Assembly: GCA_016179055.1 (NCBI GenBank)
Contig: JACOSC010000071.1
Coordinates: 947-64,946 of the forward strand
Reading direction: 5' to 3'
DNA: 64,000 nt
DNA from: Acidobacteriota bacterium
Lineage (GTDB): Bacteria; Acidobacteriota; UBA6911; JACOSC01
The notes beneath the pieces are model-generated. The model saw only the letters and a list, made by a program, of their open reading frames with translations. It was not told the DNA's origin and did not search any database. This document shows, piece by piece, positions 1-10,921 of this stretch. Position 1 is the stretch's first letter, and each line of letters begins with the position of its first letter. The translations under genes were made by a program, and so were the position numbers.

Positions 1-143
1 GAACAACGATTAGCGGGGTTTTTGGATATGACTTTCCGCAAACAGGGCCAGGTTCTCCACTGGAATTCATAAGAGCAAACTATCGACCCGGGACGTATCT
101 GTTTAGCGTTGGACTGGAGTTCGTCGATGAACTCAACAGACGT

Positions 144-3100
144 GTGGTATCCGAGGCGCTGCGCGAGCACTTTCGAAGCCGCGGCAGGGCTCTCACCCCA
201 CCGATCCTGGTGGAAGTGGAACAGGCCGGAAGCAGATGGAGGATTTTCGATGTCAATACAAGATTCTACATACGAAATGAAGACCGGATGCTAAATGTGC
301 ACCTCGAGACTATCGTGTTTATTGTGGGACACAGCTATGGGGGAAATAGAGCAAGACTGCTTGCCGACCAACTTAGACAGGAAAATATTCCTGTTGCGGC
401 GCTTGTGCCCATCGATCCAATAGACTGGAATCTATGTCCTCCAATTAACCTTTTGGCGGCAGTGATAATAACATTAAATTGTACCATACCTATTAGTAAC
501 TGCAGACAGGCCGAGTTTCCTTACCAAGCACCACCCGGCGTGCGTTTAGTAGGTTCCTTTACCCAAACACGTACGCGCTGTTTGCGGGGTTATACTATTA
601 CCCATGTTGGCGAGGAATCATCTACGTATAATGATCCAAACGTAGACCACACTGATATTGACGGGGATAGCTGGGTCCACCAGAGTATTCTTGATAAGCT
701 TGTATACCTATGCAAATATACACCCGGTCGCGGTCCGGTAGAGCTCGATCCATCCGCATTCCAGAACGCATATAACCGTGCTGGTGGGCGGCCAGTTCTT
801 GGCTGTCCCGTTGCCCCCGTCCAAGATAGTTTTACTTCGTACTTCCGCACTTCTAGTCACTACCAGCGTTTTAAGCGCGGTGGTGCCATATTTGACCACC
901 ATGATGGTCCCCACGTGGGGCAAGCGTTTGCTGTGGTTGAACCATTATACTCAAGATGGGCAATGGTCGGACTTCCGGATGCCCGCAATCCGCTTGGGCT
1001 GCCGATTGGGGACCTTTCTGCTACCAGTCAAGCAAGATACACCCGCACAGGGTTTCGTAGTCAAAGATTTGAAGGTGGGTCCATAGTATGGCACCAGGAT
1101 GGGGAACGCAGGGACCAACTGTTTGAGGTTTACGACAAGATTGACACCAAGTGGAGACGCCTTGGGTACGCAGATTGGTTCGGCGGCTTGCCGATCAGTG
1201 ACGAATTTGACGCACCGAGATCACCGACGGCAAGAACCGGACGTGTAAGCGTATTCGAACAGGGTCATATTTTCTGGCGGAGGGACGATCCTGAAGCGTT
1301 CGCGACGCACGGTGATATTAACAGGGTCTATGCCTTGATGGGCAGCAGCGGAAGCTGGCTTGGTTTCCCAGTGACTGATCAATTCGTCAACGCATGCAGC
1401 CGGCCGCAGAGCAACTTTGAAAACGGTTACATAACTACGCTCGATGGCACCAATTTTCAGGCATTTCGCTACGAATGCACTTACGGCATCGCGCCCACGA
1501 GCCAACCCTTTGGAACCGCTGGCGGGAGTGGGAGTGTAAGTGTGACGGCGGGGTGTGGCTGTGCATGGACAGCGAGTAGCAATGCAGGTTGGATCACCAT
1601 TACCTCCGGCGGTATCGGCACTGGCAACGGAACGGTGAGCTACACGGTGGCCGTAAATACGAGCCCCAGTCTCCGGATAGGGACGCTGACCATTGCTCGT
1701 CAGACCTTCACCGTAATTCAGGACGGAGCCGCTTGCGCGTATTCCATCCTTCCGACGAGCCAATCTTTTGGGGCCGGTGGCGGGAGCGGTAATGTAAGTG
1801 TGACAGCGGGCAGCGGCTGCAGCTGGACCGCGAGCAGCAATGACGATTGGATCCGCATCACCTCCGGCAGCAGTGGCATCGGCAATGGAACGGTCAACTA
1901 CACGGTAGCGGCAAACACCAGTGGCAGTTCCCGGACGGGGACACTGCTTATTGCCGGCCGGACTTTTACGGTGACCCAGGCTGGAACCGCTTGTACGTCT
2001 ACCATCTTACCTACAAGTCAATCCTTTGGGGGCAGTGGCGGAGGCGGCAATGTGCGTGTGACGACGCAGAGTGGCTGCCTGTGGCAGGCCCTTAGCAACG
2101 TCGGTTGGATCAGCATCACCTCCGGCAGCAGCGGCAGTGGCGATGGAACGGTGACCTACCTGGTAGCTGCGAATTCGGGACCCGCACGAACGGGTACGCT
2201 GACCATTGCCAATCAAACCTTCACCGTGACCCAGGCGGGCACCCCTTCCACATATCGCCTGTTCGCCGCCCTGAGGGGCAGCGGGACCATGACAAGCAAC
2301 CCACCTGGGATTAGCTGTCCGGACGACTGCTACGAAGACTATCTAAGTGGAACACAGGTAACCCTGACGGCCACGCCGGCCAGCGGATGGCGCTTTACCG
2401 GCTGGGACGGCGCTTGCAGTGGGCTCGGCGCTTGTGTGGTCAGCATGACTGTTGACCGTACGGCCATAGCCGCTTTCGAGAGGACAAATCCGCCGAGAAT
2501 TGGGTTAAGTCCTACAAGCTTTATGTTCACGAGCCTGCTGGGAGAACCAAGCCCCCCCAATCAGACGTTGACCATTACAAACATAGGCGGCCTGGTATTA
2601 AACTGGAACGCCAGCACCAGCCCGGGGTGGTTATCGGTTAGTCCAAGAAACGGTAGTCTGACCAGCGGCGCCTCCACTCCGATTACTGTGTCGGTAAATA
2701 CCAGCGGTCTGCCGGAAGGCAGCCATAGCGGAGAGATTCTGATCGAAGCGCCGGGCGCCATAGGCACGCCCCAAACCGTTCCCGTAACGGTGGTCGTCAT
2801 AAGAAGCCCAGCCTACGGTTGGGGGCCGTTACGCACGCTCGGATTCGGATTCGGCTCCATAATGACCATGCGCCAAGTGGCCTACAGCCCGGACGGTGCC
2901 CGCTTGGCCATCGTCGGTAATACCGCCATCGTAATTTGGAACGTGGGGAACGCGGCCGTAGAAAATGTGCTGGCCGGGCATACCGGTCCCATACGCTCGG
3001 CGGCGTGGTCGCCCGATGGCAGTCTGATCGCCTCCGGCGCCGAGGACCGTACGATTAGAATCTGGGATGCAGAAACGGGACAAGTTAGGGGCATTCTCAC

Positions 3101-6100
3101 CGGCCACACGAATTGGGTGGCGTCGGTCGCCTGGTCGCCGGACGGCAGCCTGATCGCATCGGGCGCCGAGGACTCGACCCTCCGAATTTGGGATGCGCAA
3201 ACGGGACAGCTTCTGCGCACGATTCCGCATACGGACTGGGTGTTGACGCTGGCCTGGTCGCCCGACGGGACTATGCTGGCGTTCGGCTCCCCGGATCGGA
3301 CCGTCCGTCTATGGGAAGCATCCAGTGGACAAGTGATAGAAATTCCCCGGGATCACACCGCCACCATAATGTCCGTGGCCTGGTCGCCCGATGGCAAGTG
3401 GATTGCCTCGGGTTCTCAGGATAGGACCATCAAGATCTGGGATGTAGCGGGTAGGCGACTCGAAAGAACGCTCACTGGGCACCGTTATCAGGTGACAGCC
3501 GTAACATGGTCACCGAACTCGCAGATGATCGCTTCCGGCTCATATGACGGCACCGGCATCGTCAACCTCTGGAACGTGTCAACGGGTCGGGTTATTCTAA
3601 CGATGACTGGCCATACCGACTATGCTCTGTCCGTGACCTGGTCACCCGATGGCAGTACGATTGCGTCTGCCTCCTATCAAGAGGTCATAATCTGGGATGC
3701 GCTGCAGGGAGACAGACTGATAACGTTTACCGGCGGAGATTCGGTGTCTTCGGTGGCGTGGTCGCCGGATGCCGGCAGGATCGCGGCGGGTTCCCGAAAT
3801 AACACCATACGGATCTGGGACGCTCAAAGCGCGCAACCGATGGGAACGCCCCTAACGGGGCATAAGTCTGGGGTGCTGTCGGTGGCATGGTCGCCCGACG
3901 GGACGATGATTGCGTCCGGTTCCAGGGACGCAACCGTCAAGATTTGGAACGTAGAATTCGGCCTGCTGATAAGAATCTTTACGGAACCCACGGCTCCGGT
4001 GAGCGCCGTGGCCTGGTCGCCGGACTCCACTAGAGTCGTTGCCGGCTGTGATGATACCTTCATCCGAATCTGGAATGTGCGGACCGGCCGCTTGATAGCA
4101 AGGCTTGGGGGGCCGCCTGTGGGGCACACCTCGCACGTGCTGTCGGTGGCGTGGTCGCGCGACGGTAGATACATTGTCTCCGGGTCCCGAGACAGCACGA
4201 TCATAATCTGGAAGGAAGACGGCGGATTCGAAAGAAGGCTCAACGGGCACACAGGCGCGGTGTATTCTGTGGCGTGGTCGCCGGACTCCCGTTTGATCGC
4301 TTCGGGCGGGCAGGACCGAACCGTTAAGATCTGGGATGCGCAAAGCGGCGTCCTGCTCCGAACGCTCACCGGGCACGCCGATGAGGTGCTGTCGGTGACG
4401 TGGTCGCCCGATGGTCGCATGATTGCGTCGAGTTCGGGCAATCGAGACCGGACCGTAAAAATCTGGGATGCGCAAAACGGTCAAGTTCTAAAAACTCTCA
4501 CCGGGCATCTCGATTCCGTATACTCCGTGGCCTGGTCGCCCGACGCTAGCGCAATTGCTTCAAGTTCGGGGGATGGCGCGGTGAGGATTTGGGGCGCTCG
4601 TCCATCCAAGATTGGGTTATATCCACGATCTCTAACGTACACGGGCGTGTTGGGGGAACCCGATCCGCTTAGCCAGACACTGGAGATCGCAAACACGGGC
4701 GGCGGGATATTAAACTGGACGGCCACCGCCACTCCAGGCTGGTTATCGGTTAATCCTAGAAACGGTACACTGCTCAGCGATGCCTCAGGCACGATAGCGG
4801 TATCCGTAAGCATGAATGGTCTGCCGGAGGGAAGCCATACCGGAGAAATACGCATCGATGCGCCGGGTGCGGTGAACACGCCGCAAACGATCCCGGTGGC
4901 GCTGACTGTGATCCGGAGCCCTTTAGAAAACTTTGGGTCGTTGAGCATTCTGGGATTCGGATTTGGCTCCGTAATGACCTTGAGCCAGGTGGCCTACAGC
5001 CCGAACGGTACCCGCATAGCGGTGGCCGGCACTGCAGGCGTCGTGATCTGGAATACGGAGCAAGAAGCGGTGGAAAATGTTCTGGTGGGACATACCAGTG
5101 GCGTGCGATCCGTGGCCTTGTCGCCGGATGGCGGCAGGGTGGCTTCGGGATCCGCCGATAGAACCATCAAGATCTGGAATGCGCAAACGGGCGCTTTGAT
5201 ACGAACGCTGCAGGGGCATACCGGCACAGTATTGTCTTTAGCTTGGTCGCCTGATGATCGTTTGATCGCCTCCGGCTCCGCGGATTCGACCATTAAAATA
5301 TGGGATGCGCAAACCGGACAGTTCCTAAGAACTATTGCGCACACGGACCCGGTGTGGTCTGTGGCGTGGTCGCCTGACAGCCGCTGGATCGCGTCGGGCT
5401 CCGATGATAGAACCGTCCGCATTTGGGAAGCGGGGACAGGTGTCTTGATTCGGACGCTGAGCGGGCATACGGCACCGGTGCAGACTGTCGCCTGGTCGCC
5501 CGATGGAAGCATGATCGCTTCCGGTGCCGGGGGATTAGATAGAACCATCAAGATCTGGAATGCGGAAACGTGGGGCCTGATGCACACATTGACGGGGCAC
5601 GGTCACTGGGTGGAATCGGTGGCGTGGTCGCCCGATTCGGGTAGGATTGCCTCCGGCTCGCAGGACACTACGCTCAGAATCTGGGATGCATCAACGGGCG
5701 AGCAGCTCCAAATGGTGATTGCCCACCCGTCACATACACTGTCCGTGACGTGGTCGCCGGACGGCGGTACGATCGCTTCCAGCTCTTATCAAGAAGTCAA
5801 GATCTGGGACGCGTCGAGTGGCATCTTGATACGAACGCTTACCGGAAATTCTATATCTTCCGTGACGTGGTCGCCCGACGCTACTTTGATTGCTTCGGGC
5901 TCTCAGGATAAGACCGTCAAAGTCTGGGATGTGTTCAGCGCGCAGGTTGTCAGAACGCTGAGCGGGCACACGGCGCCGGTGCTGGCAGTGGCGTGGTCGC
6001 CGAACGGTCGTATGATTGCTTCCGGTTCCGGGGGATTGGATAGAACCGTCAAAATCTGGGATGCGCAAACCGGCGCTGAGCTCCGAACGCTGGCGGGGCA

Positions 6101-6701
6101 CGGCCATTGGGTAGAGTCCGTGGCCTGGTCGCCGGATTCGAGCAGGATTACGTCCGGCTCGGATGATACCGAAATCAGGATCTGGGATGCGCAAAGTGGG
6201 GCGCTGATCCGAAGGCTAACCGGACACACGTCGCATGTATTGTCCGTGGCGTGGTCGCCCGACGGCAGCCTGATCGCTTCCGCTTCCAGAGATGGCACCA
6301 TTAGAATATGGGACGCGTCACGCGGCACGCAGCTCCTCATGCTGACGGGACACATGAGTGCCGTGCTTTCTGTAACATGGTCGCCGGACTCCCGTCTGAT
6401 CGCTTCGGGCGCGGAGGATCGGACCGTCAAAATCTGGGACGCGCAAGCCGGCCGCTCGATCAGAACCCTGAGAGGGCACACGGACAGCGTGTTATCCGTG
6501 GCGTGGTCGCCCGACGCCTTCATGATCGCATCGAGCTCGGCGGACAAGACCGTCAAAATCTGGGACGCGCAAACCGGGCTGGCGATAAGACATCTTACCG
6601 GACACATTGATGCAATAAACTCCGTAGCCTGGTCGCCGGATGCCGGCGCGTTAGCCTCTGGTTCGGGCGACGGGTCCGTCAGACTTTGGGGTTATCGTTA
6701 A
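144..6701 (+). CDS. Giant multidomain repeat protein: alpha/beta-hydrolase remnant, 4x LGFP, 3x BACON/Ig-like, InlB-B-like module, then 2x [Ig-like + 14 WD40 blades]
   Basis: Uninterrupted 2185-aa ORF. Motifs read from the translation: FIVGHSYGG (GxSxG nucleophile elbow) only about 65 aa after the first possible start; LGFP-type repeats ([29 protein letters not shown]); three 86-aa tandem units starting at 1476, 1734 and 1992 ([31 protein letters not shown]); and 28 WSPDG/IWD-type WD40 blades. The frame is open back to a TAG at 12-14. The first start codon is GTG 144 (ATG at 288). No signal peptide is visible. Confidence 0.85.
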   Translation: MVSEALREHFRSRGRALTPPILVEVEQAGSRWRIFDVNTRFYIRNEDRMLNVHLETIVFIVGHSYGGNRARLLADQLRQENIPVAALVPIDPIDWNLCPPINLLAAVIITLNCTIPISNCRQAEFPYQAPPGVRLVGSFTQTRTRCLRGYTITHVGEESSTYNDPNVDHTDIDGDSWVHQSILDKLVYLCKYTPGRGPVELDPSAFQNAYNRAGGRPVLGCPVAPVQDSFTSYFRTSSHYQRFKRGGAIFDHHDGPHVGQAFAVVEPLYSRWAMVGLPDARNPLGLPIGDLSATSQARYTRTGFRSQRFEGGSIVWHQDGERRDQLFEVYDKIDTKWRRLGYADWFGGLPISDEFDAPRSPTARTGRVSVFEQGHIFWRRDDPEAFATHGDINRVYALMGSSGSWLGFPVTDQFVNACSRPQSNFENGYITTLDGTNFQAFRYECTYGIAPTSQPFGTAGGSGSVSVTAGCGCAWTASSNAGWITITSGGIGTGNGTVSYTVAVNTSPSLRIGTLTIARQTFTVIQDGAACAYSILPTSQSFGAGGGSGNVSVTAGSGCSWTASSNDDWIRITSGSSGIGNGTVNYTVAANTSGSSRTGTLLIAGRTFTVTQAGTACTSTILPTSQSFGGSGGGGNVRVTTQSGCLWQALSNVGWISITSGSSGSGDGTVTYLVAANSGPARTGTLTIANQTFTVTQAGTPSTYRLFAALRGSGTMTSNPPGISCPDDCYEDYLSGTQVTLTATPASGWRFTGWDGACSGLGACVVSMTVDRTAIAAFERTNPPRIGLSPTSFMFTSLLGEPSPPNQTLTITNIGGLVLNWNASTSPGWLSVSPRNGSLTSGASTPITVSVNTSGLPEGSHSGEILIEAPGAIGTPQTVPVTVVVIRSPAYGWGPLRTLGFGFGSIMTMRQVAYSPDGARLAIVGNTAIVIWNVGNAAVENVLAGHTGPIRSAAWSPDGSLIASGAEDRTIRIWDAETGQVRGILTGHTNWVASVAWSPDGSLIASGAEDSTLRIWDAQTGQLLRTIPHTDWVLTLAWSPDGTMLAFGSPDRTVRLWEASSGQVIEIPRDHTATIMSVAWSPDGKWIASGSQDRTIKIWDVAGRRLERTLTGHRYQVTAVTWSPNSQMIASGSYDGTGIVNLWNVSTGRVILTMTGHTDYALSVTWSPDGSTIASASYQEVIIWDALQGDRLITFTGGDSVSSVAWSPDAGRIAAGSRNNTIRIWDAQSAQPMGTPLTGHKSGVLSVAWSPDGTMIASGSRDATVKIWNVEFGLLIRIFTEPTAPVSAVAWSPDSTRVVAGCDDTFIRIWNVRTGRLIARLGGPPVGHTSHVLSVAWSRDGRYIVSGSRDSTIIIWKEDGGFERRLNGHTGAVYSVAWSPDSRLIASGGQDRTVKIWDAQSGVLLRTLTGHADEVLSVTWSPDGRMIASSSGNRDRTVKIWDAQNGQVLKTLTGHLDSVYSVAWSPDASAIASSSGDGAVRIWGARPSKIGLYPRSLTYTGVLGEPDPLSQTLEIANTGGGILNWTATATPGWLSVNPRNGTLLSDASGTIAVSVSMNGLPEGSHTGEIRIDAPGAVNTPQTIPVALTVIRSPLENFGSLSILGFGFGSVMTLSQVAYSPNGTRIAVAGTAGVVIWNTEQEAVENVLVGHTSGVRSVALSPDGGRVASGSADRTIKIWNAQTGALIRTLQGHTGTVLSLAWSPDDRLIASGSADSTIKIWDAQTGQFLRTIAHTDPVWSVAWSPDSRWIASGSDDRTVRIWEAGTGVLIRTLSGHTAPVQTVAWSPDGSMIASGAGGLDRTIKIWNAETWGLMHTLTGHGHWVESVAWSPDSGRIASGSQDTTLRIWDASTGEQLQMVIAHPSHTLSVTWSPDGGTIASSSYQEVKIWDASSGILIRTLTGNSISSVTWSPDATLIASGSQDKTVKVWDVFSAQVVRTLSGHTAPVLAVAWSPNGRMIASGSGGLDRTVKIWDAQTGAELRTLAGHGHWVESVAWSPDSSRITSGSDDTEIRIWDAQSGALIRRLTGHTSHVLSVAWSPDGSLIASASRDGTIRIWDASRGTQLLMLTGHMSAVLSVTWSPDSRLIASGAEDRTVKIWDAQAGRSIRTLRGHTDSVLSVAWSPDAFMIASSSADKTVKIWDAQTGLAIRHLTGHIDAINSVAWSPDAGALASGSGDGSVRLWGYR

Positions 6702-6768
6702 AGTCCTAATCAAACTCTGTGTAGCAGGCTCTCGAATGGCATATAGAACAGGATTAGGTGCCTGACAC

Positions 6769-7312
6769 ATGGCTGCGACTCCTTTCACGGCGCAGATGCT
6801 TGCGGCTATATTACGCCGCTGGACGGCCGTAAGGACGGTGCCGGTGGGGTTTTTTCTGCGCGGCGCGGTGCTGGTGCCGACCATTCCTGACAGCGGTCAA
6901 GCCTTTTGGCGATTTCGTTGCTACCGCTTATTCTCTCACCAATTGGCAGAGCGGTCCCTACACGGCGGGGCTTCCTATGGCACTATGCGCGCGCTGCTTG
7001 TCAATATATGCTGCGATCTGTGCGGTAGGTGTGGTGTACTGAGGGGTGCGGCAGTTTGCGCGGCCGCGCCATCGCCGCAGCCTTATACTCTGTCTGTTGC
7101 CGCTGTTGATAGATGGCTTGACCCAACTGATGGGATGGAGGACCAGCACAAATTGGTTGCGAATGCTCACCGGGTCCTTAGCCGGGCGAGGATGGGCGTG
7201 TTTGCGTATCCACTGCTTGACCAGGCCATGCGTGCGCGGCGGCCGGGCGGCATCGCCAATCCGAGCAGTCGCGAAAAGGCATTTCGCTTTGAATGCAAAA
7301 CAAGGAGGATAA
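6769..7312 (+). pseudogene. DUF2085-like membrane protein gene, disrupted by one frameshift and one in-frame TGA
   Basis: Family hallmarks are split across frames. FSHQLAERSLHGG lies in the frame of 6769. GLPMALCARCLSIYAAICAVGVVY, then TGA(7040-7042), then GVRQF..LLPLLIDGLTQLMGWRTSTNWLRMLTGSLAGRG lie in the frame of 7046. The frame switch coincides with the G4 run at 6967-6970. Confidence 0.55.
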
Positions 7313-7316
7313 TCCA

Positions 7317-7814
7317 ATGATGCAAAAGATTCACAACCTTGTAATTGGTTTTGTCGTGGTCCTATCCGTAGTGTTGCTCGCGCAGGTCTCCGTCCAGGGT
7401 CAAAGCCGCAAAGCACGGCGCGAGGCAAACGCCGAAGAATCGGCGAAGCCCAAGAAAGTGTCTGGCGGCGAAACCTTCCAAACCAGCAACCCCTATGACA
7501 AAGCTTACGATTTAACTCTCAATTTTTTCAAGAAGCAGGATTACACGATGGACTCAGCCAGCCGAGAGATCGGGCAAATCATTACCGCCATGTCCATCGA
7601 AGGGGGGTACAGGCAAACGGGCACAAGAGTACAGATTACACTCATAAAAGAGAGTGAAACATCAACCACCGTCCGGGTAGCGGTCGCGAAACAGAAACGT
7701 TATAAAGCGCTGCAGGTAGAGCCTTGGGGAGACCCCAAAGTGGACGCCAAGGAATCGGCCAAGCTGGCGGACGACCTTAAGACGACTCTCAAAGCGGCTG
7801 AACTAGCTAAATAA
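7317..7814 (+). CDS. Small secreted protein, unknown function
   Basis: AAGGAGG at 7302-7308 lies 8 nt before ATG 7317. There is an N-terminal signal-like helix (MMQKIHNLVIGFVVVLSVVLLAQVSVQG). No catalytic motif recognised. Confidence 0.7.
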   Translation: MMQKIHNLVIGFVVVLSVVLLAQVSVQGQSRKARREANAEESAKPKKVSGGETFQTSNPYDKAYDLTLNFFKKQDYTMDSASREIGQIITAMSIEGGYRQTGTRVQITLIKESETSTTVRVAVAKQKRYKALQVEPWGDPKVDAKESAKLADDLKTTLKAAELAK

Positions 7815-7947
7815 AAGCCTCGTTCGCACTCTTAACTCCAGATCTGGATGCGCTTCAAATGTAGGGGCATACGGTGGGTCATTGGAAAGAATTTAGCAAT
7901 CAGTCACGTTTGACTCAGAAATTTTCGACCAAGGGAGGATGTCACGT

Positions 7948-8397
7948 ATGAATAGGTTTAAAAAACTCGGTGGCACCGGCCTCGCGGTGTTTTTGCTGTT
8001 GCTGAACCTGACCGCTATTGCGCAGAAGAGCGAGACGGTGACGCTGAAAGAAGGCACTGAGGTGAAGCTCAAGTTTGCGGAATCGCTCAGCTCCAAGACG
8101 GCGAAGGAAGACGACACGGTGAATTTGGTGCTGGATGAAGATTTGCGCGTGGGGGAGGTGGTCGTCGTCCGGGCCGGTGCGAAGGCCCTCGGCACCATTA
8201 CACACGCCAAAACGTCGGGCCGCATGGGCAAGGGCGGCGAACTGAACATGCGCCTGGAATACCTCAAGGCCGGTGATACGCGTATACGTGTGCGCGGCAG
8301 CAAGGGCAAAGAAGGGGAAGGCAAGGAGGGGACGGCGATTACGCTGACGGTGCTGTTCGGGCCTCTGGGCCTTCTCAAGCGCGGTAAAGAGGTGTAA
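7948..8397 (+). CDS. Small secreted protein, unknown function
   Basis: GGGAGG at 7933-7938. The second ATG (7948) has better spacing than ATG 7939. Signal peptide LAVFLLLLNLTAIAQ. Lys/Gly/Glu-rich C-terminus. Confidence 0.65.
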   Translation: MNRFKKLGGTGLAVFLLLLNLTAIAQKSETVTLKEGTEVKLKFAESLSSKTAKEDDTVNLVLDEDLRVGEVVVVRAGAKALGTITHAKTSGRMGKGGELNMRLEYLKAGDTRIRVRGSKGKEGEGKEGTAITLTVLFGPLGLLKRGKEV

Positions 8398-8398
8398 T

Positions 8399-8749
8399 GC
8401 GGCGTCTGACACCATCTCGGTGATCGAGACGGCGACCAACACCGTAGTGGCCACTATACCAGGCAATAGCCCCAGGGGCGTGGCCTTCACGCCGGACGGG
8501 TCCTACGCCTATGTGACGAATTTTACCTCCAATTCGGTCTCCGTGATCGACACGGCATTATACAAAGTTGTGGCCAATGTCGAGGTTGGATCTGACCCGG
8601 TAGGAGTGGCCATAACCGCGGACGGCGCCTACGCCTTCGTGGCCAACAGCACGGCCCACACCGTCTCGGTGATTGACACGGCGACCCTTAGCGTGGTGCG
8701 CACCATACCAGTGGGACTCTTTCCTTCAGGGGTGGCTATTAAGCCGTAG
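8399..8749 (+). pseudogene. 5'-truncated YVTN-type beta-propeller repeat gene fragment
   Basis: About 2.5 units of a roughly 42-aa repeat (AYVTNFTSNSVSVIDTALYKVVANVEVG / AFVANSTAHTVSVIDTATLSVVRTIPVG). The repeat frame (NAASDTISVIETATNTVVATIP) runs without a plausible start or RBS right up to the stop of the upstream gene at 8395-8397. Confidence 0.55.
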
Positions 8750-9190
8750 GCCCACTTCAAACAGAGCCCGTGCCCGGCACCGCTTGTTGAAATCAAGATA
8801 AGGCCGTCAGAAGCCGGGAGTAGTCAAACTATGAAGGCATGTTTGAATCGAGGTCCCGAACATGACCGGTGCCGCATTTTGAATCGAAAATAATGCTTGC
8901 GCTCCCACTCATTCTTTCATAGTATGGGGACGTGAGGCGTATAGGCCTTCACTCCGGTGGAACCCTAAAACGATTGGAACCAAGCGGGAAAGCTTCGATC
9001 CATTGTAGCATTTGTTTGATGTTGAATGTTTGACCCTTTGTGAATGTTGAACAACGCCTCTACTAATTTTGGTGTAACGAGTTGAAGCTGATGGTTGTTC
9101 AGCAGTGTCTGGTTCGATAAGACCGGTTTCTATAGTGATCGGCCGCTAACGACCGTATCATTGTACAGCTTCCAACCAAATGAGGGAATT

Positions 9191-10186
9191 ATGAGACGAA
9201 TGGTTTGTTTGGCGTTGGTTTTTAGCTTGACGGCCGGCATAATGGTTGGCCAGGCGCCTACAAAGAACCCTGGAAAAAAACCGCCGGAAAAAACGGCGTC
9301 CAGCTCGCAATTCACGGTCGACACTGTTATTCGCCTGCACAAAAGCGGCATTTCCGAAGACATTCTCATCACCAAGATTAAGCAGAACAATAAGCCGTTC
9401 GATCTGTCTGCCGACGAGATTCTTAAGCTGCAAGAGGCCAAGGTGTCCGACCGGGTCATACAGATGCTCATGGATCCGACGTTGGACCCTAAAACCGCGG
9501 AGGGCAAGACGGCCCCGGCCCCGTCCGCCCGGCCCATCGCGCTGCCAGGCGTGAGTGTCGGCAAGCCCACCGGCGCCACGCCAGACGGCGCCACCCCAGC
9601 CGGAGATCCCAACGATCCGGCGACGACGCACGATTCCGGGATTTATCTTTACCAGGAAGGACAGCGCGCGCCGAAAATGACCTTGCTCGAGCCCGCGGCC
9701 TACACCGGGGCGAAAACCGGCGGTGTGTTCGTGTCGGCGGTGACGTACGGACTGAAAAAAGCGAAACAGAAAGCCGTACTGCAAGGCGCGCGCGCCAATA
9801 TCCGCGCGGCCGACAAAAACCCCGTTTTTTATTTCTATTTCGAGGACAAGGCCGCTGCACTGGGCAAGAGCGGATTTCACGGCGCGGGCACCATCAGCAG
9901 CCCGAACCAGTTCGTGTGCATCAAATTGGAAGAAAAGAAATCGGCGCGGGAGACCATCGTGATGGAGATGGGATCCCTGGGCACTTCGTCGGGCACGCAC
10001 GAAAAATCGATCGTAGGCTTTAAGAGTGAAAAACTTCGCCCTGGCATATACAAAGTAATCTTCAACAAGAGCCTGGAACCCGGCGAATACGCGTTCATTG
10101 TCGGCATGACCATTGGCGGGGCGTCCGCCGCGGGCGCAGCCCTGCCGCTACAAATTTTTGATTTTGGCGTCAGCTCCCGGGAGTAG
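9191..10186 (+). CDS. Secreted protein, unknown function
   Basis: GAGG lies 5 nt upstream of ATG 9191. Signal peptide MRRMVCLALVFSLTAGIMVGQAP. Contains the motif SGISEDILITKIKQNNKPFDLSADEILKLQEAKVSDRVIQML. No enzymatic motif. Confidence 0.7.
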   Translation: MRRMVCLALVFSLTAGIMVGQAPTKNPGKKPPEKTASSSQFTVDTVIRLHKSGISEDILITKIKQNNKPFDLSADEILKLQEAKVSDRVIQMLMDPTLDPKTAEGKTAPAPSARPIALPGVSVGKPTGATPDGATPAGDPNDPATTHDSGIYLYQEGQRAPKMTLLEPAAYTGAKTGGVFVSAVTYGLKKAKQKAVLQGARANIRAADKNPVFYFYFEDKAAALGKSGFHGAGTISSPNQFVCIKLEEKKSARETIVMEMGSLGTSSGTHEKSIVGFKSEKLRPGIYKVIFNKSLEPGEYAFIVGMTIGGASAAGAALPLQIFDFGVSSRE

Positions 10187-10261
10187 CTCGCCAGCGGTCA
10201 TTTCGGTAGTGAACCGGTGTCGGGCACGTCCCCGGCACCGCTCTAATGAGGAGGAAAAAAC

Positions 10262-10859
10262 ATGAGCTTTAGACAAAATCATTTGGTTTTATGTCTTTTT
10301 CTGATTGCAGTCTGCTGTGGACTTTGGGCAAGTCTTTGGGCCCAAATGGCAGGTCCGGTCTACATAGCAAACGAGCCAGTTCCTGGAGCGCCCCCGGTCT
10401 CTATTACCCCAGTGACAATAGACCCCTCAGGCCAGTTCGTCTATTCCGCGATTGAGACGTACATGGGTCGAGTCTTGGGGTACCGCATCGATGCTGCTAC
10501 AGGAGCGCTGATGCCAATCCCCGGGTCCCCATTCGGCGCTCCTGAATTTTGCGGGCACCGGCCCGCTGCGCATGCTGCTGGAAAAAATTGGCTTCGCACA
10601 GGGGTTTCGATTCTCCATCGCGCGGAACGGCCGTTCCTTTCCCGTGGAGCTCACGGCAATCATGCGGGATGAGAATGGCGCCGGTTTTGTTTCCGGGGCG
10701 CTCAACCTGCTTAAAGGATTGCCCATGCTGGCGCCCCGCGGCGATATGCGACCGGCAGACCAGGAAGCTATGGCCAGTTTTCAAAGCATGTCCGTCACGC
10801 GAGAGGGCCTGACCCTGTCCATTGAGCTGGCGCTGCATGAGCGGGATTTAGTACGCTGA
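10262..10859 (+). pseudogene. Chimeric remnant: signal peptide plus one lactonase-like propeller blade, joined out of frame to the C-terminal end of an unrelated gene
   Basis: A strong SD (GAGGAGG) and signal peptide are followed by IDPSGQFVYSA..VLGYRIDAATGALMPIPGSPF, a lactonase/7-blade propeller-type blade. Sequence then degenerates after about 10540. A second frame (10572-10859, open from about 10530) carries an unrelated C-terminal sequence ending LTLSIELALHERDLVR. Confidence 0.4.
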
Positions 10860-10921
10860 TTTATGGAGGGTCGCGTGGCCGCGGTGAGCCTCAATTTTTC
10901 TGTGAAAAGGAGGTATACCCC

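Noticed and set aside
7040-7042. The in-frame TGA in the DUF2085-like gene as selenocysteine or alternative genetic code.
   Set aside because: TGA is used as an ordinary stop by several intact genes in this window (for example the alpha and delta subunit genes). No SECIS-like context is evident, and the same gene also carries a frameshift.
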